A stretch of 64,000 nucleotides of DNA from an uncultured Candidatus Saccharibacteria bacterium (GCA_964558375.1 CAZLCD010000001.1:17091-81090), one strand, 5' to 3'; positions 18,378 to 27,989 are shown, numbered from the stretch's first letter. Notes: a model not told the origin generated them from the sequence alone. Numbers and translations: made by a program.

Positions 18378-20471
18378 TTACGGATTGAGCCAGAGGTTTG
18401 GTTCAATCACTTTTTCGTCTTGAGCGAATTTGCCATATGGATCAACAACCCTAAGCATTTTAGAATTGTTGTCGGTACGCCAAACTGAAAAATGGAGGTG
18501 GGGTTTTTCAGCACCTTTATCTCCAACTTTACCAATAATTGCACCTTTTGTGACCGACACACCACTTTTAGGTTTCCAGTTATTGGCATCAGTTTTATCT
18601 ACAAACGCAGACTCAATGTCTGATAAATGCAAATAGCGTGTATAGTAACCGTTATTATGATCAATGATTAGTCCATGGAATTCTCTCATGTTATCAGATG
18701 GTAATGTTGTAAACTTTTCACCTTGATAACTCTCGAATTTACTTAGGTCATCCGGCCCAACTGTTTTACCACTCGCTGGGGCATATATAATTGTTCCTAT
18801 TCCATATGGATAATCATAACCATCGTGACCATCATATTGAAGAGCTGAGGGACCTGCTTTTACTGTACCTACATAATCGAAAGGTAAATTGAGAACACTT
18901 TGAACTGTGGGCAGTATGATAGATAATCCACCATCACTTATCCTTACAGTCCCTTCGATTGCATGAATAAATTCTTCTCCAGCTTTTAAGACTGGAAAGA
19001 TATCTCCATTAAGGGTAAGTATGAACTTATCGACAGCATTTTCACCTGCAAACCTTTTCCCGTGATCCATAATTGCAGACACTTTTGCATCTACAAGTTT
19101 GATACCTGGTGCCAATGGGAAGCTTAGGAAAGGTTGGATCGATAGTTTGTCGTAGAATGCCCATCGGAACATCTCACTACTATTTGGATTCCGAATCGAT
19201 TGCTCTTTAAGATCTATCCTCTCAGCTGTATCTCCAGTGAATTCTTTTGCAGTCAGTGGTGCCCATCCTGTACCATCCTTCGAGGACTCCATCACCTGTA
19301 TATATCCAACTTGAGTCGCAGGTGCCTGAACGATTTCAGGACGAGTAGGTTCAGGGAAGCTTACAAGTTCTACTGGCTGACGACGGAATAGCAGAGTCAT
19401 TGCTGTACTGTGAGCCGTAATACTGAATGTATAGTCTTGGCTCACAGAATACAGATCGGAATCATCACTCTTCCACTCCAAGAACCTATGTCCAGAAGCA
19501 GGATTAGCTTTGAGCGTAACTCTAGTGCCTGCAGGAAACATATAGCTGTTTCCTGCAGCTGGCACAATACCGCCACCTACATCCGATGGATCGATAGTAT
19601 AGGAACCATTTCCATTAACATTTATTGTAAGTTCATAGAGTTTCGGCTTGAAGGCAACATTCACGGTTTTATTGGCTGTGACGCGCGATAGAGTGTAAGT
19701 ATTACCGCCAGTTTGAACTCTGGAGTTATTTACAAACCATTTGTCGATTTCATAATCTGAGTTAGCAGTAGCAGTGAAGCTCAAGCTACTATAGCCTTCT
19801 GCAGATAAGCTTCCTGCGGGACTGATATTTCCACCACTACCGGCAGATGCGTTCACAGTATAGACATTTCTAACAACTTTTAACACGACATCATCTATTC
19901 GAAATGTCGTATACAAGTTATTGTCAGTTTTGACTTTGAACATCAGATAGCATGAAGCTGCCGCCACAAGATCACCGAGAACCAACGAATGTGATTTCAG
20001 TGAGTAATTTCTTGAATCATTGTTTTGATCTTTATTCTTGTTTGAGTAATGAGCAAGAGGTTCTTCATGCGCCAAATCCCCATTGTAATCCAAAAATCTC
20101 AACATAACATCGAGCTTATCGTATTCCAACGATGTACCTTCGGCACTTGTGACATTAAGATAATAACTTACCTCAATCCTGTCTGCAGAGTCTTCCGGCT
20201 TAGGAAGTATGTACTGATAGAGTGCACCGTCTGCACTAAATGTCGTAGAATTCACATCTCCCAGGTATCCATAGTAAGATCCATTGCGAGCATTGACTCC
20301 TTGGATTATCCCAGCGCTTGTTGTAGCGCCTCCAGTATAACGAGTGATAGACCATGAGGATCTATTGTTTTCAAAACTACCGCCTAGTATTCCATCTCTG
20401 GATACTTCGCTCGATTTCAATGTAAAAACAGTGAGCACGAGCATCGACAAGCAGACAATTAACTTCTTCAT
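18378..20471 (-). CDS. secreted M23 family peptidase with carbohydrate-binding-like and InlB B-repeat-like domains
   Basis: Signal peptide; YTVNASAGSGGNISP..YEIDKWFVN repeats; C-terminal HDGYD, YLHL and PHLHF motifs. Confidence 0.85.
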   Translation of the reverse strand: MKKLIVCLSMLVLTVFTLKSSEVSRDGILGGSFENNRSSWSITRYTGGATTSAGIIQGVNARNGSYYGYLGDVNSTTFSADGALYQYILPKPEDSADRIEVSYYLNVTSAEGTSLEYDKLDVMLRFLDYNGDLAHEEPLAHYSNKNKDQNNDSRNYSLKSHSLVLGDLVAAASCYLMFKVKTDNNLYTTFRIDDVVLKVVRNVYTVNASAGSGGNISPAGSLSAEGYSSLSFTATANSDYEIDKWFVNNSRVQTGGNTYTLSRVTANKTVNVAFKPKLYELTINVNGNGSYTIDPSDVGGGIVPAAGNSYMFPAGTRVTLKANPASGHRFLEWKSDDSDLYSVSQDYTFSITAHSTAMTLLFRRQPVELVSFPEPTRPEIVQAPATQVGYIQVMESSKDGTGWAPLTAKEFTGDTAERIDLKEQSIRNPNSSEMFRWAFYDKLSIQPFLSFPLAPGIKLVDAKVSAIMDHGKRFAGENAVDKFILTLNGDIFPVLKAGEEFIHAIEGTVRISDGGLSIILPTVQSVLNLPFDYVGTVKAGPSALQYDGHDGYDYPYGIGTIIYAPASGKTVGPDDLSKFESYQGEKFTTLPSDNMREFHGLIIDHNNGYYTRYLHLSDIESAFVDKTDANNWKPKSGVSVTKGAIIGKVGDKGAEKPHLHFSVWRTDNNSKMLRVVDPYGKFAQDEKVIEPNLWLNP

Positions 20472-20664
20472 ATGACCTATTCGCTTTCATTTTGTGTTTG
20501 TTTTCAACTTCCACTACCGTATCTAGCACAAACCAAATACAGCCTCGTACACTTTCGCATAGTAAGCACATCACAATAGATGCGCGGGAATTCTTTTTAT
20601 ATTTTATTTTAAATAGATACTTGGGTCAAGATTTTTAATCCAATTTTAATGTTATAATATTTCT

Positions 20665-21183
20665 ATGATCAAAGTCTTCATCATCGCTGCGGTTAGTGCC
20701 GATGGTTTCATAGCCAAGGACAGCCAACATGCCGCCCTTTGGACCAGCAAGGCCGACAAGAAGCGCTTTATCGAGCTTACCAAGCGTGCAGGAGTGGTGG
20801 TTATGGGCTCTACAACTTACAAAACTTTGGGGAGGCCACTTAAGGAGCGCGTCAATATTGTATATTCCAAAAATCAAAGTTTCGAAGGTGCAGAAGTTAC
20901 ACAAGATAATCCAAAAGATTTAATTAAAAAACTCGAAGAAAGAGGTTTTAAAGAATTAGCCATCTGTGGTGGATCTCATATATATTCTATGTTTCTAAAA
21001 GCAGGAGTAGTAGATACTATTTTTCTAACCATAGAGCCGATTATTTTTGGTAAAGGTATTACCCTATTCAATGAGGATTTGCATTACTTTTTAAAATTAA
21101 AAAACTCTCAAGCCTCAGAAAGTTCCGGATCACTTCTTTTAGAATATTCTGTCGATTATAGTGGAGCACCGAAGTTAAGTTAG
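20665..21183 (+). CDS. folA: dihydrofolate reductase
   Basis: IAAVSADGFIA, W..KADKKRF, VVMGSTTY, RPLKERVNIV and ICGG motifs. Confidence 0.93.
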   Translation: MIKVFIIAAVSADGFIAKDSQHAALWTSKADKKRFIELTKRAGVVVMGSTTYKTLGRPLKERVNIVYSKNQSFEGAEVTQDNPKDLIKKLEERGFKELAICGGSHIYSMFLKAGVVDTIFLTIEPIIFGKGITLFNEDLHYFLKLKNSQASESSGSLLLEYSVDYSGAPKLS

Positions 21184-21188
21184 GGAAT

Positions 21189-21311
21189 AAAAGCTAGAAG
21201 CACAATTGTATTGTGAAGCAGACTCCGCAGGCGAGTAGTCGCCGAGGATTAAGAAGTTTTTAGCAAAAAACTTCTGGTCTGCGGAATAATACAATTGTGC
21301 TTTTAGCTTTT
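21189..21311. repeat. 123-bp palindromic (MITE/REP-like) element
   Basis: Terminal inverted repeats of about 24 bp (AAAAGCTAGAAGCACAATTGTATT / AATACAATTGTGCTTTTAGCTTTT) with inner stems. Confidence 0.75.
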
Positions 21312-21316
21312 GGAAC

Positions 21317-21358
21317 AAATAAAAAACACTAGTACATATTTCTTAGTGTTTTTTATTT
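21317..21358. terminator. bidirectional terminator between folA and rplK
   Basis: AAATAAAAAACACTAG...TTAGTGTTTTTTATTT inverted repeat between convergent genes. Confidence 0.7.
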
Positions 21359-21365
21359 AGACCTA

Positions 21366-21788
21366 CTACTTAACATCCACACCCATAGATCGGCAAGATC
21401 CTTCGATGATCTTCATCGCTGCCTCGATAGTACTAGCATTAAGATCTGGCATCTTTCGTTCTGCGATCTCTCGAACCTGAGCTTTGGTGATAGTACCTGC
21501 ACGCTTTACAGCATGTTTACCTGCACCCTTTTCAATACCGACAGCCTTTAGGATAAGAGAACTTGCTGGAGGAGTCTTCAAAACGAAATCATAAGTACGA
21601 TCATCGTAGACAGTGATCACAACAGGGATAAGGTCACCGATCATGGTCTTTGTAGCATCGTTGAACTTCTTGGTGAAGTCCCCAATATTAACACCAGCCT
21701 GACCCAAAGTCGGACCAAGTGGAGGAGCAGGAGTCGCCTTTCCTGCAGGAGCGATTACTTTTACTTTTTTAATTATTTTCTTAGCCAT
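21366..21788 (-). CDS. rplK: 50S ribosomal protein L11
   Basis: [16 protein letters not shown] and KTPPAS motifs. Confidence 0.98.
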   Translation of the reverse strand: MAKKIIKKVKVIAPAGKATPAPPLGPTLGQAGVNIGDFTKKFNDATKTMIGDLIPVVITVYDDRTYDFVLKTPPASSLILKAVGIEKGAGKHAVKRAGTITKAQVREIAERKMPDLNASTIEAAMKIIEGSCRSMGVDVK

Positions 21789-21843
21789 TTTTTTAAATTA
21801 TTTATATAGTGCCTCTAGAAGCATGAGGTATAGAGATACTACT

Positions 21844-22389
21844 TTAAATCTTGCCAACTTGCAAGAAATCGAGCTCTACTGGAGTCTCTCTTCCAAACAT
21901 AGAAACAAGTACCTTAACCTTACCGCGACTGTCATCCACTTCACTCACCTTACCTTCAAGGTCTTTGAAAGGCCCGTCGACAATCTTAACCATCTCTCCT
22001 TGAGCGAGGTCGATAGTGTGTTTGACCTCGTCTTTATTCATACGAGCAAAGAGTGTGTCTACTTCTTTCTTTTCAAGAGGAACTGGAAAAACTCCAGAAC
22101 CTACGAAACCAGTAACTCTTGGGGTATTGCGAACCACATACCAAGAATCATCGGTTACAACCATGTCTACCAGCACATATCCAGGATAGATCTTCTCTTC
22201 TTCTTCGATTCTCTTCCCTCCTTTTATTTTGATTTTCTTTTCTGTAGGTACAAGAACATTGAAAATACGATCCTCCATTCCTAGAGATTCTATTCTTTGC
22301 TTTAAGTTGCGAGCTACAGCGTTTTCGTATCCAGCATAAGTGTGTATAGCATACCAACTTCTTTCTCCTCCAATTTGTTGTTTTGACAT
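21844..22389 (-). CDS. nusG: transcription elongation factor NusG
   Basis: WYAIHTYAGYE, PGYVLV, KOW motif GPFKDLEG and FGRETPVEL. Confidence 0.98.
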   Translation of the reverse strand: MSKQQIGGERSWYAIHTYAGYENAVARNLKQRIESLGMEDRIFNVLVPTEKKIKIKGGKRIEEEEKIYPGYVLVDMVVTDDSWYVVRNTPRVTGFVGSGVFPVPLEKKEVDTLFARMNKDEVKHTIDLAQGEMVKIVDGPFKDLEGKVSEVDDSRGKVKVLVSMFGRETPVELDFLQVGKI

Positions 22390-22411
22390 ATTTTTTAAAT
22401 TTAAAAATTAA

Positions 22412-22588
22412 TTAAACAAATAATGTAAGAAGTCTAGAGAAGATATAGTCGAAAACACCTAAAAGTAGAGCCGTTAGGATAGATACCGCAACTACAAGTA
22501 TAGAGTAGGAAATAGCCTGTTTTCTGCTTGGCCATGTGACATGCGCCATTTCTGCACGAGTTTCTTTGATATATTCTGCTATTTTCAT
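22412..22588 (-). CDS. secE: preprotein translocase SecE
   Basis: Manual translation MKIAEYIKETRAEMAHVTWPSRKQ...GVFD (58 aa), directly upstream of nusG. Confidence 0.95.
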   Translation of the reverse strand: MKIAEYIKETRAEMAHVTWPSRKQAISYSILVVAVSILTALLLGVFDYIFSRLLTLFV

Positions 22589-22693
22589 AGTTTTAAAGTT
22601 TTTTTATTAAAAAACCCCGAAGGGGGTAGTAACTAAATACTACCCCCTTATGAGCTTTGAGTCAAGGAAAAGGCTTCCTTAGACTATTTGTAA

Positions 22694-23473
22694 CTATCTG
22701 ATCTCGTAACTGATAGAAACTCTAGCTGTAACCTTCTGTTCTCCTACAGGAATCTCTGGGGCACTAGCTGCTTTTATATTCATAACATCTCCACCCATAG
22801 CAGACATTTCTCTTGCGTATGGATATACTTGTTCATCACTAGAATCATAGAAACTTGTGATCTTTACTAGCTTTACACCAAGGTCCTTTGCAATCTTCTG
22901 TGCTTTCTCTTTTGCATTTGCAATAGCCTCTTCACGAGCAATAGCTTTAACAGAATCTAGATCGTCAATAGCAAACTGTAGACCATTCACAGTTTGTATT
23001 CCGGCTTTACCTATAGAATCAAATAGTTCTCCAGCTTTTGCAAGATCGCGAATCTTAACTTCGATTGTCTGATTGACATCATAGCCAGTCAAAACATTTT
23101 TTCCATTTGGACAGCCATATTGAGTACAGATGCCTTGATTGTATTCATAATGAGGGTTAATAGAATATGAAGATGTCTTTATATCTTTTTCGAGAACACC
23201 CCCAGCTTTCACAGCTTTGAGAGCAGTGTCAATTTTCATTGTAGCTTTTTCTTGAGCTTCCTTTACTGTCTTTGCAGTTTCATTTACAGCAAATGAAAAT
23301 GTTGCAATATCAGGAATAGAGATAGCTTCACCCTTACCATTTACAGAGATGATATTCATCATTGGTGAATCATCACCTAGAGTTTTTAATTGTTTAATAG
23401 AAATAACCGCTAAGAAGATAATAAGGAACACTCCTACCCACTTTATTATATTGTAAATTTTTTCTTGATTCAT
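22694..23473 (-). CDS. SIMPL (DUF541) domain protein
   Basis: ISVNGKGEAISIPD, AREEAIANAKEKA and PVGEQKVTARVSISY motifs. Confidence 0.92.
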   Translation of the reverse strand: MNQEKIYNIIKWVGVFLIIFLAVISIKQLKTLGDDSPMMNIISVNGKGEAISIPDIATFSFAVNETAKTVKEAQEKATMKIDTALKAVKAGGVLEKDIKTSSYSINPHYEYNQGICTQYGCPNGKNVLTGYDVNQTIEVKIRDLAKAGELFDSIGKAGIQTVNGLQFAIDDLDSVKAIAREEAIANAKEKAQKIAKDLGVKLVKITSFYDSSDEQVYPYAREMSAMGGDVMNIKAASAPEIPVGEQKVTARVSISYEIR

Positions 23474-23527
23474 ATATTTTTAGATTTAGATTTTAGATTG
23501 GTGATTAATATGATAATACGACCTGCT

Positions 23528-24334
23528 TTAGGCATTATAACAGGCATCGATGAGATTTTCAAATAAAGCGAGCACCGTCATCTGCCCCACACCACCAGGC
23601 ACAGGAGTGATCATACCCACAATATCTTTTACTTTTTCAAAATCTACATCCCCTACCAGTCTCTCTTCTAGCCTAGTAATGCCGACATCGACCACTATCT
23701 GCCCTTCTTTAAAGAATTTTTGATCAAAGAAAAGTGCTCTGCCAGTAGCCAAGATAACAATATCTGCATCTTTTGTTTTTTCAGCGGTGTTTTCTGTACC
23801 TTTATGGCAGACAGTAACGATAGCGCCTTCTTCATGACACATACGAGATATAGGCTCTCCTACGAGTTTGGAACGACCAACTATAGTAACCTTTTTTTGA
23901 GCCAAGTTGATTTTATAAAATTTAAACAATTCCTTTACCCCACGCGCTGTGGCTGGCATAAACTTTGTATTGCAATTCAAACCATCGATATCTTTAGAGG
24001 CGTTTATAGAATTTAAAATAATTTCGGAATTTAAATGTGAAGGTAAAGGCAATTGAGTGATGATGCCGTGCACCTCTTTATCATTATTGTATTTTTCTAT
24101 TATTTTAATTAGCTCATCTTGTGTGATCCTTTCATCGAGTTGTACATGAACTTCCTTGATTCCCATTTTTTGCGCAAAGCTTTTCTTGGCTTTAATATAA
24201 GAATCTGAATCTGCTCTATTGCCAACTTGGATTATCACTAGGCAAGGCAATACAGAAAGACCTTCGATCCTTGTTTTTAAAAAAGAAGTATAGTGCTCGC
24301 GTGCTTTTCTTCCATCAAGAATAATTGCTGTCAT
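23528..24334 (-). CDS. folD: bifunctional methylenetetrahydrofolate dehydrogenase/cyclohydrolase
   Basis: ILDGR, YIKAK, QLPLP, KDIDG, GRSKLVGEP and TPVPGGVG motifs. Confidence 0.95.
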   Translation of the reverse strand: MTAIILDGRKAREHYTSFLKTRIEGLSVLPCLVIIQVGNRADSDSYIKAKKSFAQKMGIKEVHVQLDERITQDELIKIIEKYNNDKEVHGIITQLPLPSHLNSEIILNSINASKDIDGLNCNTKFMPATARGVKELFKFYKINLAQKKVTIVGRSKLVGEPISRMCHEEGAIVTVCHKGTENTAEKTKDADIVILATGRALFFDQKFFKEGQIVVDVGITRLEERLVGDVDFEKVKDIVGMITPVPGGVGQMTVLALFENLIDACYNA

Positions 24335-24343
24335 ATCATTAAG

Positions 24344-25003
24344 CTACCATGATTTTTTTGGAATTTCTATAGTTACAGTTTTCTGCTCTTTGGTTGTGGC
24401 AGTTTCAAATGAAAGCGAAGTAGCTGTCAAAGCGATCTTTTGATCTGGTAGTCTTATGGTAGAGCCGTATTTACTATCCCCCACTATTGGATGTCCGATA
24501 TGGGAAAACTGCGCACGTATCTGATGATGTCGCCCAGTCTTTAAAATTATTTTTAAAAGAGAAAAGTCATTTTCTTTTTTGATTAATTCATAAGATAATT
24601 CTGCCCTATCAGAATCTTTGACCTCATTATCAAAAACTTCTGAGAAATTCTGATTCTCATCATGCTTTATAAAATTTATTAAAGTCTTTTTATCTTCTAT
24701 GATATTTCCATGGATCCATGCATGATAAACTTTTTCTATAGTATGATTTCTAAATTGTTCTGAAAGTCGTGAAGCCCCCTTTGATGTTTTTGCAAACAGC
24801 ACCACCCCATCTACGTTTCTGTCTAGACGATGAATAAGTCCTAGGAAAACATTACCAGGCTTTTCGTATTTATTTTTTAAATACATTTTAACCTCTTCAA
24901 TCATAGATATTTCACCACTCTTATCACCTTGCACCAAAGTTCCAGCCGGCTTATATACAGCGATCAAATGATTGTCTTCGTATAGGACTTTTAGGGTTTC
25001 CAT
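24344..25003 (-). CDS. RluA family pseudouridine synthase
   Basis: KPAG, HRLD and TGRHHQIR motifs. Start placed at METLKVLYED. Confidence 0.93.
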   Translation of the reverse strand: METLKVLYEDNHLIAVYKPAGTLVQGDKSGEISMIEEVKMYLKNKYEKPGNVFLGLIHRLDRNVDGVVLFAKTSKGASRLSEQFRNHTIEKVYHAWIHGNIIEDKKTLINFIKHDENQNFSEVFDNEVKDSDRAELSYELIKKENDFSLLKIILKTGRHHQIRAQFSHIGHPIVGDSKYGSTIRLPDQKIALTATSLSFETATTKEQKTVTIEIPKKSW

Positions 25004-25010
25004 GGAAATT

Positions 25011-25871
25011 TTATTTGCTAAATCTCGCAAAAATCCCACAAGGCAGTAGTCTACCAGTCTTACTTTCTTCTAGAGTCAGCTCTCCCCTCTCTATAGAACC
25101 CCCAAACTTTTCAACTAGAGGCTTCAAAACATTTTCATAAGCTATAGCAGAATATCCAGCAGAGTATCCATTTATTATAAAAAACAGAGGCTTGTCTGAA
25201 AGAAGTTTTATGCAGTCCTCAACTAAAGAAATAAAATGCTCTTCGATTTTCCATATCTCTTTGTTTGCCCCATGACCGAAAGCTGGTGGGTCCATGATGA
25301 TAGCGTCATACTTGTTCCCTCTTTTAATTTCTCTGCCGACGAAGACTCGCGCATCTTCGAGAATCCAACGAATAGGCTTGTCAGCAAGGCCAGAAAGCTC
25401 TGCATTTTCGCGAGCCCAAGTGATGGCAGATTTTGAACCATCGACATGCACAACTTTTGCTCCAGCTTGAGCGCAAGCGAGTGATGCTCCACCTGTATAT
25501 CCAAAAAGATTCAATACATCTACACCTTCATTTCCTTTTAAAATTTCCCTCATCCATTCCCAATTCGCAACTTGCTCTGGAAAAAGTCCAGTGTGCTTGA
25601 AGGCTGTAGGCTTTATCCAAAATTTCAATCCTCCAAAATCAATAGGCCATTTCTCGAGCTTGCCATTTTTATCAAAATTTTTGTATATCCACTCTGCTGA
25701 AGTTTCGGATCGAGAAAAGCTAGCATCGGCAATTTTCCAAGATTTTTCATCTAGATTTTTCCTCCACAAAGCTTGTGGATCTGGACGAGACAAAACCACC
25801 TTGCCAAATCTTTCGAGCTTTTCACCATCTCCAGAATCGAGAAGCTCATAATCTTTTTCTTTATTTTTCAT
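25011..25871 (-). CDS. class I SAM-dependent (rRNA-type) methyltransferase
   Basis: YELLDSGDGEKLERFG, LNLFGYTG and DPPAFG motifs. Confidence 0.9.
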   Translation of the reverse strand: MKNKEKDYELLDSGDGEKLERFGKVVLSRPDPQALWRKNLDEKSWKIADASFSRSETSAEWIYKNFDKNGKLEKWPIDFGGLKFWIKPTAFKHTGLFPEQVANWEWMREILKGNEGVDVLNLFGYTGGASLACAQAGAKVVHVDGSKSAITWARENAELSGLADKPIRWILEDARVFVGREIKRGNKYDAIIMDPPAFGHGANKEIWKIEEHFISLVEDCIKLLSDKPLFFIINGYSAGYSAIAYENVLKPLVEKFGGSIERGELTLEESKTGRLLPCGIFARFSK

Positions 25872-25873
25872 AA

Positions 25874-26350
25874 TTAATTATTTTTATGATTATGATTTTT
25901 TGCAAAAACATAAACAGCAAAGCCAAAGATACTAATAGAACTAAGAGCCGACAAAGCACAATACTGGCAGAAAGCTTTTATTATAAAAGCCATTAAGAAA
26001 ATAAAGTATAAGGAAGCTAGACAACCGACCACAGAAAGAGCTAGCGCAATTCTCAAATAAATCTCTTTCTTTGAATCAAGGTGAGCAAAAAGCAAAATTG
26101 CGACAACTAGATAATAGATGGAACCAAAGAGAGATTGTGGTATACCCATGAACTCTGAATACCTACTAGTTAAAACTGTTTCGCAACCATCTATAGTGCA
26201 TGGTGGTATCTCACCTTGATAATGTTTGACTGTCAGAAAAGTAGCATCAGCAAAGCCAATAAAAGCAATGATAAGAAGGACTATCGGCAGCCATTTAGGA
26301 AGTAGTTGTAGTTGAAGCGGCGTCTTCAATAAGTTTTTTAAATTCTTCAT
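25874..26350 (-). CDS. vitamin K epoxide reductase family protein
   Basis: CTIDGCETVLTSRYS and CQYC motifs, four TMs. Confidence 0.93.
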   Translation of the reverse strand: MKNLKNLLKTPLQLQLLPKWLPIVLLIIAFIGFADATFLTVKHYQGEIPPCTIDGCETVLTSRYSEFMGIPQSLFGSIYYLVVAILLFAHLDSKKEIYLRIALALSVVGCLASLYFIFLMAFIIKAFCQYCALSALSSISIFGFAVYVFAKNHNHKNN

Positions 26351-26951
26351 AAGTTTGTGGATTTTTTATTTTTTTACCATTCAAGAAAAATGTAGGGGTA
26401 CTGTCTACCTTGGCCTTCATACCGCTCTTTACATTATCATTTATCTTGTCCTCTACAGCCTTCGAAGCATAGTCTGCCTTAAATTTAACAATATCGAGCC
26501 CAAGATTTTCGGCATAAGTATTGAACACTGAAGCAGTATCAGTTAGTGCAGACCAATTTTCTTGATTATTAAAAATCATACTATACATTTCCCAAAACTT
26601 ACCCTGAATTCCAGCCGCTTCAGCAGCCTTGGATGCTGGCACAGCATTTGGGTGACTAGCTAGAGGAAAGTGACGATATACTACTCTAACCTTGTCAAAA
26701 TTTTCCTCAGATAACTTTTCTACCATAGGGAAAAACGCTCCGCAAGCTGGGCACTGGAAATCACTGTATTCTATAAGAACCACAGGAGAAGAAGTGGCAC
26801 CCTTAACCCAATCATTCTCTGTAACTTGCTCAACAGAAGCGATACCAGCACTTTCCCTCTCAGCCTTATTGGCCGCCGCAATCATACCCCAAGTAATAAG
26901 TCCAATAACAATAATAAAACTGCCCCAGGTCAATATTCGTTTTGTATTCAT
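26295..26951 (-). CDS. DsbA-like thioredoxin-fold protein
   Basis: EYSDFQCPAC, YRHFPL and STPTFFLNG motifs; N-terminal TM. Confidence 0.93.
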   Translation of the reverse strand: MNTKRILTWGSFIIVIGLITWGMIAAANKAERESAGIASVEQVTENDWVKGATSSPVVLIEYSDFQCPACGAFFPMVEKLSEENFDKVRVVYRHFPLASHPNAVPASKAAEAAGIQGKFWEMYSMIFNNQENWSALTDTASVFNTYAENLGLDIVKFKADYASKAVEDKINDNVKSGMKAKVDSTPTFFLNGKKIKNPQTYEEFKKLIEDAASTTTTS

Positions 26952-26961
26952 ATGGGGCCTA

Positions 26962-27531
26962 TTATAGCAGATTTGAGAAACCGATCAAAAGATAGATACC
27001 GAGAATGTTCATGAACAAAGTAATAGGTATGAGCACAGCAATTTTAATTTTTGACATTCCAAGCAAGGTCACGCCAAATTCGTCTGGCAAAGGAGATGCG
27101 ATAATCAGTGCCCCGAGAAGTGGAGATAACCATTTCATAAAACCAAAGTGTAGAGATTTGAAAATATATTTTACAGTTGATGGTTTTAACACTTTCATAA
27201 GATCCGAAGCGAAACGATCTCTGATAAAGAAAAATAAAATCATATCTCCACACATCGCGCCAAGCCCTCCCCAGAAAGCGATACCATGTAGTGGAAAATC
27301 TTTTGCAAGATGAACCAAAGCTATAGATGAAGGAGCTAGAGTGAAAGCAGAAGTAAAAAATATACCAGTGATAAAAGAAGCTAGGATATAGTAATCCCTA
27401 AATAGAGAAATTACATAATCAATAACACCCATCTTTGAGAGAAAGATAGCGATAATAACACCGATAGCAATCATGAATAGATCATGAAGGAAAACTCTAT
27501 GCTGCTTTTTTATATGGATTTTTTTATTCAT
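26962..27531 (-). CDS. multi-pass membrane protein (DedA/VTT-like)
   Basis: Hydrophobic; GGLGAMCGD and ASPLPDE motifs. Confidence 0.7.
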   Translation of the reverse strand: MNKKIHIKKQHRVFLHDLFMIAIGVIIAIFLSKMGVIDYVISLFRDYYILASFITGIFFTSAFTLAPSSIALVHLAKDFPLHGIAFWGGLGAMCGDMILFFFIRDRFASDLMKVLKPSTVKYIFKSLHFGFMKWLSPLLGALIIASPLPDEFGVTLLGMSKIKIAVLIPITLFMNILGIYLLIGFSNLL

Positions 27532-27545
27532 GTTTTATTTATACT

Positions 27546-27989
27546 TTATTCATGATGATACTTCTCACCTCTCAAAATACTAAAGCCTCTATATATCTGC
27601 TCGGCCAAAATACCACGGACAAGCTCATGAGGAAAGACGAGCGTGGATAGTGACCAAGAAAAATTGGCTTTCTCTTTAAGGGAATCGCTGAGGCCGTAAG
27701 CACCACCGATAATGAAAATCAAATTTTTGACACTTTCATTCATTCTTTTATTTAGGAAATCTGAGAAGATTGGCGATGTCATAGACTTCCCTTTTTCATC
27801 AAGGATAACCACGAAAGAATTTTCTGGAATTGCCTTGAGAATTTTTTCACCCTCCTCCTTTTTGTCTGAAGTTCCAATGAACTTCCATTCGATATTTGAA
27901 TAATGAGAAATCCTAGAGGTGTATTCTAAAACAATATCTTGCGCGAGATAGTCTTTATTCTTACCTGGAGAAAAGATGATAATGTTCAT
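27546..27989 (-). CDS. rlmH: 23S rRNA pseudouridine methyltransferase RlmH
   Basis: LDEKGK, FIIGGAYG, FPHELVR..EQIYR and YHHE motifs. Confidence 0.95.
   Translation of the reverse strand: MNIIIFSPGKNKDYLAQDIVLEYTSRISHYSNIEWKFIGTSDKKEEGEKILKAIPENSFVVILDEKGKSMTSPIFSDFLNKRMNESVKNLIFIIGGAYGLSDSLKEKANFSWSLSTLVFPHELVRGILAEQIYRGFSILRGEKYHHE

Noticed and set aside
26295-26350. 56-bp DsbA/VKOR overlap as a possible frameshifted fusion
   Set aside because: Both ORFs are complete with their own start and stop codons, and there is no evidence for recoding.
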